A DNA stretch of 63,977 nt, the filler included, from Folioceros fuciformis (Eukaryota): the NCBI GenBank assembly GCA_049999805.1. It is 5 parts of 4 records of this genome, joined end to end, with 100 filler letters (N's around TTAATTAATTAA, not from the genome) between each part and the next. Parts side by side here need not be neighbours in the genome. Positions count along the whole stretch, not along the records: positions 47,865 to 55,551 come from JBNGIO010005994.1; positions 55,652 to 62,268 come from JBNGIO010005995.1; 3 more parts are not named here. One strand, given 5' to 3'. The notes beneath the pieces were generated by a model. The model made no database searches. It was not told where the DNA came from and was given only the letters and a program-made list of their open reading frames with translations. Position 1 is the stretch's first letter; every line of letters starts with the position of its first letter. The position numbers and the translations under genes are program-made. Below are positions 49,333 through 61,600 of the stretch, in pieces.

Positions 49333-50051
49333 ATGTTAGGTGCATAAGTACGTAGGGCAACTTGTACATTGCATATTTTATGCTACCTTGTGTGGCATAC
49401 TGTGGTATACTATGTTAGGTGCATAAGTACGTAGTGTAGCTTGCACATTGCATATTTTGTGCTGCCTTGCACTATGATGTGTTGTGTTGTGTGGGCAATC
49501 GGGCATGGTATCCCTACCAGGCACCCGCTCACATGTATTGTGGCCACATCAATCCCACGGTCGTTGTAGGTTTCCCCGAAATCGCTCCCCTCTGAGCCTG
49601 GTCAGCTACGTCTATTGCTCCCCTACACGAGTCAACTCTCCCAACCATGTACCTACCAATCTGGCCACACGTCCCATCAATAGGTAGGCACCATTCCTTC
49701 ACTTGGAAGGGCCCCAGTACCTCCCCTACCGATTTCTACCTCCCTACACTCGATACCTTTTCCTCACAAGGCTCCCTACAACACCTTCCTCTACCCACAA
49801 TCTAGCTGCTTGTCTCCCTACACCCAGCAACCAACGAGTTTCCTCCGAGCCTAATCCGCTCCCTCCAACTTTGTTTATCGTTCGCCTCCGACATTCAACC
49901 TTTCCCAGCGCGTACCTTCAACACGTCCAGTCGGTAGGAAGGCACCATTCCTTCACTTGGAAGGGCCCCAGTACCTCCCCTACCAACTTCCAACTACCTA
50001 CACGCAGCACCTTTCCCCACAAGTCTCCTCACAACACCTTCTACACAATCC
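49333..50051. repeat. Two tandem duplications in the 3' region of the minus-strand element
   Basis: ATGTTAGGTGCATAAGTACGTAG... at ~49333 and ~49412 (79-bp period); AGGCACCATTCCTTCACTTGGAAGGGCCCCAGTACCTCCCCTACC... at ~49686 and ~49940 (254-bp period). Confidence 0.85.
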
Positions 50052-50625
50052 AACTCCACATTTCCCTACGTCCAAGACTCCAAACCAGACATCACAAGAA
50101 CCTTTGCGATCGGCAACAGAAAGGGCACTCGCAGCCCCCCCTTCTGCCAGGATGTCCACGAAGGCTTACGAAAATTGGTTCTCTATTCGTCACGAGACAC
50201 TTACAATCAAAGAACGGGGGCGTCCGGCTCAAGTTCTTTGTTCTACTTATATAGGATGGCAAACTGCTTCCTACCTACCACTAGCCGCGGCCAGCTTTAG
50301 CTACGCACACCTACCAAGAGGCTAAGAGTTACTAATAGTTGCTAAGGCAGTGTGCGCCGATGAAGATTAGGACTGTCGGTGCCGCCATAGAAGATTCGTT
50401 GACCCCCTTTTTCAAAAAGGTATGGCTAGGATGGCTCTTGAAGGGAGGCAGAGTCTGAAGGTTGAGCCACTGGGCCCCCCTCCATTATTGGGATTCGTCT
50501 TCTTTTGGATCCACAAGCTTCCACCGTACCTTCCTCTGTGTGGATCTCTTGGGATATCCCTTCACCACCACCTACAAGTTTGGTAGGGGAGGGTTCCCCT
50601 TGTTCCTCAACTTGATGCTCCTTCC

Positions 50626-52601
50626 CTACGTAGGGTGGGAATGTTCCCTCCGTAGATAGGTACCTACCATTCCTACCCCTCCTCTCGTAGGTAGGTTTCC
50701 TACGGGAGTAGGTACCCCTTGTTGCGTGCTCTTCCTAGCCCATAGCAGCTCCTCAGGTTCCCATTGCGAGCTCTCCAGGTCCATACTGCTGTCCTCTTGA
50801 AAGTCTGTTGGTAGAGGCACTGTCTCCAGGGCCTCACGGTTGTCATCATGTGGCCCAAGATACCTTCGCCTTGCCAATACTGCCAGTTCCTTGTGATGAG
50901 CGAGTAGACGTTGGTGTAGGTGGAGGTTGCGATTCTGTTGAGCTAGATCTATGGTATCCATGTCAACAACCCAATCCCCACCCTCGCATCTACTCTTGTA
51001 GATATCCCGTTCAGCCTCCATTGCCCCTACCTTCAACTGTAGGTCAAGGTTTTCTTGATGAGTTGCATGAAGCTTGGTCATGCACCCCGTCAGGTAGGCA
51101 TAATCAGCACGAAACCTACAAGCTCGAACCACCAGCATCCTGTGAATCTTGGTCTGATGCTCAGCTTCTTGTTGTGCTTTCTCTTGTTGAAGGTCTTCTA
51201 ATTGGATGGTCAATTGTTCCCTCTCCACTCGCTCTCGTTGCCCTGCTTCAAGTCGTTGCTGGAGTTCCTGGTTTGCTTTAGCATTATGTGCCTCCAACTC
51301 ATCTAGCTTGCCTTGTAAATCCTTTGCAACGTAGACTTGTTCCCGTAGCTGTTCCTCCACCACCTTCCTAGTTTCCTCAGATTGGGTGAGGTCCCTTCAC
51401 ATGCAATGATCTCATGTGATAAACCTTGTTGGGAAGTTTGCAACGTGGACACCTGCTGGGTCAACTTCTCTAGTCCTTGCCTTTGCTCACCATCCTTGAG
51501 GAGATACTGTTCTCGCTCCTTTTCCTATTCCTGCACTTTGGATTCTAGTCGTGCCTGGTTTGCATCCCGACTTATGTCCTCCTTAGTAGCCACCTCTTGC
51601 TCCTTCTTCAATCTTTCCTTGACAGCCTCGTCCTCCGAGGACTCCTCCTCTAGGCTGTCCCCTGCTGAAGATGAAGAGGTCTCTGCTGCTGATTCTTTTG
51701 AAGAATTGCTCTGCTCGGAGGAATCTTCAGCTGAGGAAGATGACTCCCTCTTCTTCTTCCCCTTCCTAGGCCTGTTCTTCTTCTTGTCCTTCTCCCTCAC
51801 TCTCTCCTTCTCCTTCTTGGATCTCCCTTTGCCCCACGGATGAGACTCCTCATAATTGAGGGCTGCCCTTATAGCCCTGTCCACATCTTTTTCTGCGAAC
51901 AATTTCACATGGCCCCCCATCCTCGATCCTAAGCCTCCAGCGAACCACCTAATGGCTTGTAAGTCTAAATGAGGTCCACAGTGATCCCGCAAGCTGTGGA
52001 ACCTCTCCACATAGGCCTGCAAGGTCTCCTTCCTCCTCCTCCTCAAGGCCTCCAGCTTGGACAGCACATAGCCCTCTACGTCTATCCCCCTGAACCGCTC
52101 ACCAAAGGCCCTCTTCAACACATCAAAAGTCGCTGGAAATGTGCCAACCTTGAGGTACTCTCTCCTGTACCACTTGGCAGGCCCTCCACGCAGTACACCA
52201 TAGAACAATTGGATGCGCTGTGCATCCGCTGATTCTTGGTTAGCAAGGGTCAGCCGCTCAAACCTCTTCACAAATTCATCCGGGTCCTCATACCCCTTCT
52301 TCTCCCCATACAAGGGGTACAATTGCTTGGTGGACATTGCAACAGCTGGGGCCGCCATGGTGCCTGCACTCACCAGTGCAGTTGCGAATCCAGCAGCTCC
52401 AACAACTGGAGTTGGGCTGATGTTGCTGAATCCTTCAGCCCCTCTCCTCCTCCTCTCTAGTGTATGCCCTGGCTGTGCCCTCCTTAGCTCCCGCTCCACT
52501 GCTCTTTGCTCACGCTCCAATACTTGCTGCTGCCTCCTTACTTGAGCTTGAGCTCCCCCTTCAAAGCTAGAGTTGAAATCTTCAGCTCCTATGCGGGGCA
52601 T
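50626..52601 (-). pseudogene. Retrotransposon Gag capsid domain fused to a long coiled coil, broken by a TAG (51525-51527) and a frameshift (~51395)
   Basis: EDPDEFVKRFE...LRGGPAKWY...FDVLKRAFGERF...ETLQAYVERF is homologous to Gag of 55775-62092. The frame reads through the stop (*EKEREQYLLK...LEKLTQQVSTLQ) and shifts into DLTQSEETRKVVEEQLREQ (ORF 51363-50626). Confidence 0.78.
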
Positions 52602-53966
52602 CCATCAACCCTACCACATTCCCTTGTACAGTCCCCTATCCAGGCTAGTCCTCTCGCAACCTTGACAGCAATGTCACTCCCCGGCAACGGCGCCAAAATG
52701 TGGAGTGATTTCTTACACACCCAAGAACCACCAAGGGGCCACACTTCCCCTTATTATCGTTGCAGTCTTATGATTCGCTCCTAGGGAGTGAACTAATGTC
52801 AAGGTTACCTACATCTCCCTAATCTCACCCTATCTATCAGCATATACCAAGTGCTACAGCAATAGGTCAGAATTCTCGGTCCTGTCTTCGGCTCCTACCA
52901 CAACACCAACCCCAGCCTCAACAAAATGAGAACTCCAACATTGTCTTCAGCCCTCGTTTCCAGCTCTAAGTATCAATCACCTTAGTGCTAAGAGGAGGCT
53001 CCAGCCCCAAGTCTGGCCTCCAACTCTCAGCACCTTGTGCTAGCTACCTCCGCAGTTGAACGAGAACCTCAACTTCAGCTAGCTCCTCACTCCAGCTTCA
53101 GCACTTCATTCCACCACTTCAGCACTTCACCCCAACATTTCAGTCCTTCACTTCAGCACTTCACTTCACCCTCCAGCCCCTCACTTCAGCTCAACTCCTC
53201 ACTTCAACACTTCTACTTCCAAAATCTGCAACTCAACCCTTCTCTCTTACAATTTGGAACACAACAGCCTTTCCTCTTGCAACCTTCAAGGCAGAGGCGA
53301 GGCCTAGGGCTGGGTAGCCTCCTTGGCTCACGGCCCTGCAACCTCACCTCAGCCAGCATGCAAGGTGGTCAGCCATTGCGGATCCGGCCACATGAATCTT
53401 GGCAGTCTTGGGATCCTCCACGTTCCCCTAGTGGCAAGGGAAATCAAGACCTTGGTTTAGTCTCAACCAGCTCAGCGCCCTAAGCCAGGAGTTCTGCACC
53501 CAAGGTCCAGGGAAATCGCACCGTAGACAGCCCCCTCCTCAATGGCAGGTCTAGCCTCTTATACTACCTTGGCCCAAACCTCCATCTCTATCTATTAGGG
53601 TTACCCTCAGTCAACCACCCAGCAATCTCTCTCTGACCTAAGCCGCCCCTAATTCTAACCTAACCCTAACTTTGACCCAAACCTAGTTCTGACCTAATAG
53701 GGGTTGTGTCCCATGGACACCACTGGGTGCCCTTACCAAAATTGACCAACCTCTCAAGACTACCAAAATGGTCAGTGCCTCTCAACGCTCTCCCTCCTCT
53801 CTCAAATCATTCCATCCCTTCTCTCAGATCATTCCAGCAACCCTTCAAAGACGCGTCTGGGCTCACCATTAATCTAGCTACTAATCTAACCTAATATTTT
53901 AACCATTTCACCACAGGGTTCACTTAGAGATTCCCAAAAAGAGAAATCCTACCATTTTCCAAGGAC

Positions 53967-54521
53967 CTATTCAACATGTGGAGTCCACAGGTAGCAAGGA
54001 CGTGCACTCCCCCCCTCCCTACCATTCGGCTTGAGCAACTTCTCCCTGTGGTAGGTATACGCCTCATACATAATTAACCCCAAGTCTGGCTTGGCTCCTT
54101 AAGTCACTCTCCAAAGGAAGTGGAGGAAAGCATTGCTGAAATATGAGGTGCGTTGATAGTTCACCAATCCAAGAACCACCTTAGTGAACAACTGCCATTT
54201 GAGCTCCTTGATCCTCTCAGTCCTCCACCCGTTCTTGGTTCTTGCTAGCTCTCCTCCCAACAGCAATTCTAGTGCCCCAGATGGTAGGGTGGTGATGGGT
54301 GACCTCCGCCCATCTATGGTTTTATCCAAGATCCCAATACCATCGCTTTTCTCTTCCGACCTACCATATACCTGTCGAATGCTCCGGACAGTCCAACACC
54401 GAGAGTCAGTCGTCGCGTTTCGTTCAGGTAGGGCTTCCAACTCCTCCTTCGATCGCTGTAGGTAGGTATAGCACTCCTTCACCAAGCCTTCATGAACATA
54501 CGACCAGTGTCTGCCATATAT
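53967..54521 (-). pseudogene. Decayed accessory ORF inside the LTR, resembling Athila/Tat-type extra-ORF ('plant transposon protein') domains
   Basis: HWSYVHEGLVKECY...WTVRSIRQVYG...KNGWRTERIKELKWQLFTKVVLGLV...FLHFLWRVT*GAKPDLGLIMYE...CYLWTPHVE*. The stops are TAA/TAG, compatible with C-to-T decay. Family assignment rests on motif resemblance only. Confidence 0.55.
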
Positions 54522-55551
54522 CTAGTCAAGCTGGATGTTTGCATCACGTGTGTTACGGGGTAACCTCCCTCGCTTAGGGTTTCACCTAGATTGATTTACA
54601 TTAACCTCTCGGTTAATTATATTTAGGTTATTAAGTCAAGGGGTGCTTAGCCTAGAGGATAGGCTTATATACATTACACAACTCTTTGTATTATTAACTT
54701 ATGCATATTTCAATATTTTTGTTTATGCTCTCTTCTCCTGCTGTACTTTTCTTTACAACGTGCCCAAGTCCGAAGGTCTATCAAATCCCTTGAGTTCAGT
54801 TGGCCCCCAAAGCAAGAAAAGGACGGAGAATTGGTTTGGGGAGAGCTGGCTGCCCTCGTGGGTCGTCCCCTACTACCGGAACCCACCTGAGTATTGTTGG
54901 AAGTCCACGTCATAGTTGATAGAAGAAAACCCCAAGAATGTCGGTTGCCCTCCTTTACGCAAGGTTATACCCCTACCTCCGTAGGCATTTGCTCCCAGCT
55001 TCTGTGCAGCTAATTTCACATCCCTTGCATGTTTCTCCCTATGGCTCTCACCACAACAAAGCCCTTTCTCTCTCTTTGATTCCGCTTGGTCACAACAAGT
55101 AGGTGCCCAGCGTAGGTGTCTTGTCGCACAACTACTTCCTTATTCCCCGCTATGTAGGTAGATGTAGTTCCCTACGTGGAGGTGAGCACCCTTCGTCGAT
55201 GGGACACCTTAGGTAGGGACCCCTTTAAATACCCTCTTGTCGTAGGTATACTTCTATATGTAGTAACTGCCCTCAATAGATACCCTACATAGGTGTCCCC
55301 TTTTCTGTAGGTAGCTTGCCCTTCACAACTATATTTCTTATTTGGGTACTACCTCCCGCAGAGATATCCTCCCTACATGTAGCCATCCCAAAGAAGGTAA
55401 CTTCTTTATAATACTACCCCTTATTATCGCCACTCATCTAACCTACCAAACCAAGACCAAACAAAACTGAAAATGTTATTAGCCGCTCCCTACCTACTGC
55501 GGGTACTTGCCAAAAACCCGCATTCCACATGCCTCCCTTCTCAATTGTTTG

Positions 55552-55651
55552 NNNNNNNNNNNNNNNNNNNNNNNNNNNNNNNNNNNNNNNNNNNNTTAAT
55601 TAATTAANNNNNNNNNNNNNNNNNNNNNNNNNNNNNNNNNNNNNNNNNNNN
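55552..55651. other. Artificial contig join
   Basis: TTAATTAATTAA at 55596-55607 inside a 100-bp N block. Confidence 0.95.
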
Positions 55652-58600
55652 AAAGGTGGAACCCGTTGGCGATCGGTGCCCGGGGTTTTGCCTCCACATT
55701 TTTGGCGCCGTTGCCGGGGAGCGGCTTGGGAGTTTCTTTTGTTGACCGGATGGAGAGTCTAAGTTGTCATGTAGATGTCTGGTGGAAGAGGTGATCGCAG
55801 AACTGGTAGAGGGAGATCAGTTGTAACCCCTTCACCAAGGGATCTGCGTGCAACAAGGAGGAATTTGCTGAGAGGAGAGAGTAGCTTGACCCCTAAGGCT
55901 AGCACCCTTGTGCAGGAGGAGCTGCCTTGGTCAAGTGGAGAGCACGAATCTGAAGGGTTGATTGCTGGAGAGCGTGACATCCAGGAGGTTGGTATTACAT
56001 CTGGTTGCAGGAAGGAGTCTTACAGCCAACAAGTGGGTCATGTTGAGAGGGAGTCCGTGTTACAGTCGAGTGTTGTGCAGTCAACTCTAGGTGATACTTC
56101 AGTTGTGGTATCATTGCTGGATAGCTTGCAGTCACTTGTTGGTGGTCAGTCAGTCCCCTTGCCGGCCATTGTTCCATTGTCAGCCCCCGTAGTGGTTTCA
56201 ATAGGGGCTGTACTTCCTACGTCAAGTATCAGCCAAGTGGGTGGAGGAGTTGCTGCAAGGATGGCTGCTCCTATTCACAGTCGTCAGCAATACGTGAAGT
56301 TTGGAGACAAGAGAAGAGGGGAGGATGCTGAATCCTTCCTAAGGACGTTCGAGCATGTGTCTCGTGCCAACATGGAGGACACTACAGCTGATCGTTTGAG
56401 GATCTTTCCAGGTTTGCTGAGAGGACAAGCTCAGCAGTGGTACAGCCGGACGTATGGAGTGACACCACCAGTGGATTGGGACAGCCTGAAGGACGATTTC
56501 TTGACCAGGTTCCGAGGTCTCAGCCATGGCCATCACACCTACGCGAGGTTGAGGACTTTGAAGCGAGGAAGGAAGGAGGATCTCTATGACTACATTGAGA
56601 GGTTCTACAGCTATGTGGACAGGATCCCACGTGGTAGGCCAGTTGTTCCGGGAGGTCCGAGTACTCCAGGGTACACGGATGCTCAAGCTTTGGATTGGTT
56701 TGCTGGAGGACTACCCGATAGGATGGCAACCTACTGCACAAGAGGTGTGACCACTTTGCAGGAGGCTTTGAAGGCTGCTGAAGATTTTGAGCTTTCGGAG
56801 TTGAGCAGAGAGAAGAGGAAGCAGAACCGGAAGTATGGGCATCATAGGAGGTCAAGACATCACAGCCCATCTTCCTCTTCAAGGTCGAGGTCACCGTCTC
56901 ACTCTGATCCCGATTATGACAGCCTTGTGTCGGATCCTTACACCGATGAGGAGTCCGATAAGGCTTATGAGAGGAGGATGAGGAAGGACCTGGAGAAAGC
57001 ACGCAAGAGGCGCGAGGAGGATGAGGATCGTCGAGCTGAGAAGGACAAGAGAGGCAAAGGATCCTATAGGATGGAGAGAGGCGAACCGTCCTCAAGTGGT
57101 GGAGGACTGACCAGCCAGGTTGAGGCATTGACGAGGAGGCTGGCCGAGTTGGAGGTGAAGGCTGTACGCAACCAAGCACCAAGGAGGTCACCTTCACCGG
57201 GTCGGCAGCTGGTGTACTGTTCTATTTGTCACCAATCAGGACACACCCACCAAGAGTGCACTAGAGCTCCCCGCCACGCCGTCAACCAAGTGGACACCTA
57301 CCTACCAGGAGACTATTGGTACGTGGATGACTCCTATCAGGTACAGGCTGTGACTGCTCCTCGACCACCACAGTCCATTCGGCCATCTTTTCAACCACCA
57401 GGACCTCCTGGAATGAGGTATGGTCCTCGTCCAGTATCTCCAGGCCATTGGAGGCCAGATCCATCCCAGCGTCCACAAGTGGTGGCAGCAGGTTGTTGTT
57501 TTAATTGTGGCTTGCCGGGACACTATGCTAACGAGTGCACAGAGCCACGTAGGCAACTTGGATTTGTGCCGTTTTGTCAGGTGTGTAAGGATCCAGGGCA
57601 CAGGGCTGGGGATCCAAGGTGTTCGGGCATCCCTAGGCTTGTGCTGCCTAGATCCGGAGTGAGGATCACGGAGGCACCGCAAGAGGGACTTCCTCCTGCG
57701 GTGGAGACAACAACTCCGGTGACAAGCGCACCTGTGTTGTCGGTGGAGGCTGAGGAGGAGCCCTTGATTGACTCTCAAGCATTTTCTGGCATTGTGGAGG
57801 AGGGATATTCAGGCGAAGCTAGCGATGGTGAAGAAGTCATGGTGGCAAGGGTCGCCACTCGTTCTGAACGTCGTTATCGGGAGAGGACGAAGAAGGAAGA
57901 GAAGAGAAGGAGGAGAGAACGTGACAACACTCCTAAACCATCGGAGGCAAGGGAGGAACCACTCATCCAGCAAGGGAAGAATGATGTGTCAACTGGACAA
58001 GAGGTTGATCCACCTCATCGAGAGGAAGGTGAACTAGATGAAGGAGAGGTTGAAGAATCAGCATTCCCACCCGACATCAGCAAGGAGGTTGCTGCAATGC
58101 TGGAGGAAGAGCTGACTAGGCTGATGCACCGGTCTAAGAAGGTCACGTTTGCAGACCCTCTTGTGACAGGGGTGGTGGAGAGTGCAAGTCCCTTGGAGAA
58201 GGAACAGGAAGGAGAGAAGGTTGATCGAAGCGAGGAGGATGGAGGGATCAATCCTCCTAAGACAACAACAGCAAGGGAGGCTTTGGCCATGAAGGTTGCT
58301 GGATTTGCTGACGCCTTGCTTGACCAGGAGTTTGTGGTGAGCTTGAGACAGCTCTTGTCTGTTAGTCCCAAGGCCAAGAAGATCGTCAAGGAAGCCATCC
58401 GAGGGATACCGGAGCCACTCGAAGGGAAGACAGTCCCGACTTGGATGAGTTCAGTGGAGTTGGCTGATTGTGGAGCTCCTGAAATAGAGGTGGAGATTGC
58501 AGGTTGTCTGGTACCGGATGTACCGTTGGATACGGGGTCTGGTGTCAATCTCATGACGGAGGACACAGCCCATCGTTTGGGGTTCACGGAGTTTGACCCT

Positions 58601-61600
58601 ATCCGCGTGTACCTTCGGATGGCAGATCAGACCAAGAGGAAGCCTCTGGGAGTGTTGAAGGATGTACCCACGGTGATAGGAGGGATCATGTTCAAGCTAA
58701 CCTACATTGTCATGAGGCCAGTGTCTGACCTGGGGTACAAGGTGCTCCTTGGGAGACCGTGGTTGTACGGGACAGCTTGTGTGTTTGATTTTGGCAGGAA
58801 AGGTGTGACCTTTAGGTCTAAACCTACAGGACCTGCTGAGATTTCGTTTGTCTCGTGGAGCAAAGCTCCCTATGGGGGAGAAACAGCAGGACCATCTCCC
58901 GGGTACACATCCGGTAGTACTGGAGGTAGCACTTCCAGTAGTACAGGAGCCTACAAGGGAGTAGGGCATACTGTCAGGATGGTGGATTTGGATCAAGAGG
59001 TGACTTGTTTCCATACTAAAGTGGTGGAGAATGAAGATCCACAGGAGGATGAAGAGCAAAGGGAAGGAGCTGCCTTTTGGAAGGGGAAAGCCTATGACTA
59101 TGATTTCCCAGAAGAAGGATCAGGAACAAGTGTAGGGAGTAGTCCCGAAGGAGTTTACGTGGATCCTGATGCTGTCGAGGACATGGAGTTGACCCCAGGG
59201 AAGAAGGTCAAGGTGTCCAAGTACCTCACACCCAAGGAGAAGGTAGGTTTGAAGGCGCTATTGACTGAATATTTGGATGTGTTTGCCTTCAAGGTGACGG
59301 ACATGACAGGTGTTCCAGAGGAGCTGGGTGTTCATAGGATAGATCTCAAGGAGGGAAGCACACCGGTTCGGGTGAAGCAATACCGATTGAACCCAAAGTA
59401 CTCCATGGTTGTGAAGGAGCAGTTGGATCAGTACTTGGAGGCTGGAGTCATCTATCCTGTCCTAACTAGTGAGTGGGTAGCTCCAATTGTGGTGGTGCCT
59501 AAGAAGCAAGCTGGCAAGGTGAGGGTTTGCCAGGACTTCAGGAAGCTCAATGAGGCGACCAAGAAAGACCATCATCCACTCCCTTTCATGGACAGTGTGC
59601 TGGACACAGTTGCTGGACATGAGATGTACAGTTTCCTAGATGGGTATTCAGGTTACAATCAGATCACAATGAGGGAGGAGGATCGCGACAAGACGACTTT
59701 CACAACTGATTGGGGGACGTATGCCTACACCAAGTTGCCTTTTGGGCTCTGCAATGCTCCGACAACTTTTCAGCGGGTGGTGAATACCATTTTCAAGGAG
59801 TTCCTTCGGAAGTTCATGGAAGTGTTCTTGGATGACTTTTGTGTCTTTGGAAGGAGGTACCTACACTTGGAACAGCTAAGGAAGTGCTTGCAGAGGTGTA
59901 GGGAGACTAACCTCAAGTTGCATCCGGGGAAGTGTTTCTTTTGCATGACGGAGGGTATCTTGCTAGCCCATAGAGTTTCAGCCAGGGGGTTGCAAGTCGA
60001 CATGGAGAAGGTGAAGATCATCTCGGAGATGGATGCACCTCAGAGCGTGAGACAGGTTAGAGCTTTCATTGGGTTAGTGGGTTACTACAGGAGATTCATC
60101 AAGGACTTCGCTAAGAAGGCGGCAGCTTTGACCCAGCTGACGAAGAAGGATGTGCTGTATGAGTGGACCCCGGAGAGGGAGGAAGCGTTTCAGGACTTGA
60201 AGAGGAGTTTGGTGGCAGCACCCACATTGAGCCCACCAAATTGGGAGAAGACCTTCCATGTGTATGTGGATGTGTCAGCCTATGCTATAGGGGCCATCCT
60301 CAGCCAACAAGACGACAAGAAGAGGGATCACCCTATCTTCTATGCTGGAAGGCAACTCACAGATGCAGAGAGGAATTACTCCACAACGGAGAGAGAGGCT
60401 TTGGGCATCATCTACGCTTGTAAGAAGTTCCGTCACTACCTTCTAGCTTGCAAGGTAGTATTTCATGTGGACCACTTTGCTTTGAAGTATCTTGTGAACA
60501 AGCCTGACCTATCAGGGAGGATCGCTAGGTGGATTCTCTTGCTGCAGGAGTTTGATTTTGAGGTGGAAACAAGAGCAGGGAAGAGCCATGTTAATGCTGA
60601 CTTTGTTTCTAGACTCAAAACCAAAGGGAAGGTTAGAGAAACGGATGACAGGTTTCCTGATGAGGAGTTGATTGCTGCTGTACATACAGTAGAAGAGGGA
60701 GAGTTCGATGAACAGGTTACCGGTGAGGGAGGAGGAACCTCTACAAGGGTTGAGAGTAGCCAGAAGGTCAGCCAGGCTCGAAGGAAGAGGAACCATCGTA
60801 GCGACAGGTTGGGAAGGCCTTGTGCTAGGCAATTGCTACCAGTTGAGGTGAGGAGATTTTTGGAGTTTGGAATCATGCCAGCTGGATTGAGCCGTGAGGG
60901 TAGGGCAGTGTTCTTGCACAAGACAGGCCCATATTGTTTGAAGCAAGGGGTCTTGTACAAACTAGGCCCAGATGGTAAGGTGAGGCGTTGTTTGGAAGTG
61001 AATGAAGGTGTTGTGGTGACCGAAGCTTTGCATGCGGAAGAGGCAGGAGGCCACTATTCAGTCCCCATTACCATCAAGAAGTTCTTGGATACTGGGTTTT
61101 GGTGGGCTACCATGCAGAGGGATGTGTGGGATTTTGTAAGAAGGTGTGATGCTTGTCAAAGGGTAGGGAGACCCACATTGACAACCAGGTGGCCGTTGAC
61201 CTACATTTTGCCGTTGGCTCCGTTCAAGAAGTGGGGGATCGACTTTGTAGGGCCGATTCGTCCACCTACTCGCTGGACAAGGAAGCAATACATCTTAGTG
61301 GCAACGGACTACTGTACCAAGATGGTGGAGGCAGAGGCTACCCGACGGGACGATGCCCCAACAGTGGCCAAATTTCTGTTTGAGAACATCATCACACGCT
61401 ATGGGTGTCCGTTGGAGTTGGTCAGCGACAGAGGTACACATTTCCTCAATGAAGTCATCACCGCCTTGACCACCTACTTCAACATTCGACATAGGAAGAC
61501 CACTCCTTACAATCCAAAGGCGAATGGGTTAACGGAGAAGACCAATGGTCTTTTGGGGACCATCTTGACCAAGGTGACTGTGACTCACATGTACGATTGG

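Larger units (their letters stand above)
50350..55551 (-). mobile_element. Non-autonomous (pol-less) Ty3/Gypsy-derived LTR retrotransposon: PPT - 2.83-kb LTR - PBS(tRNA-Asp) - gag/coiled-coil; 3' end not identified
   Basis: Minus strand: PPT GAGAAGGGAGG (55542-55532); LTR TGTGGA(55529)...CTCCACA(52699); PBS TGGCGCCGTTGCCGGGGA (52695-52678); gag ATG at 52601. No PR/RT/RH/IN motifs are visible downstream. Confidence 0.8.
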
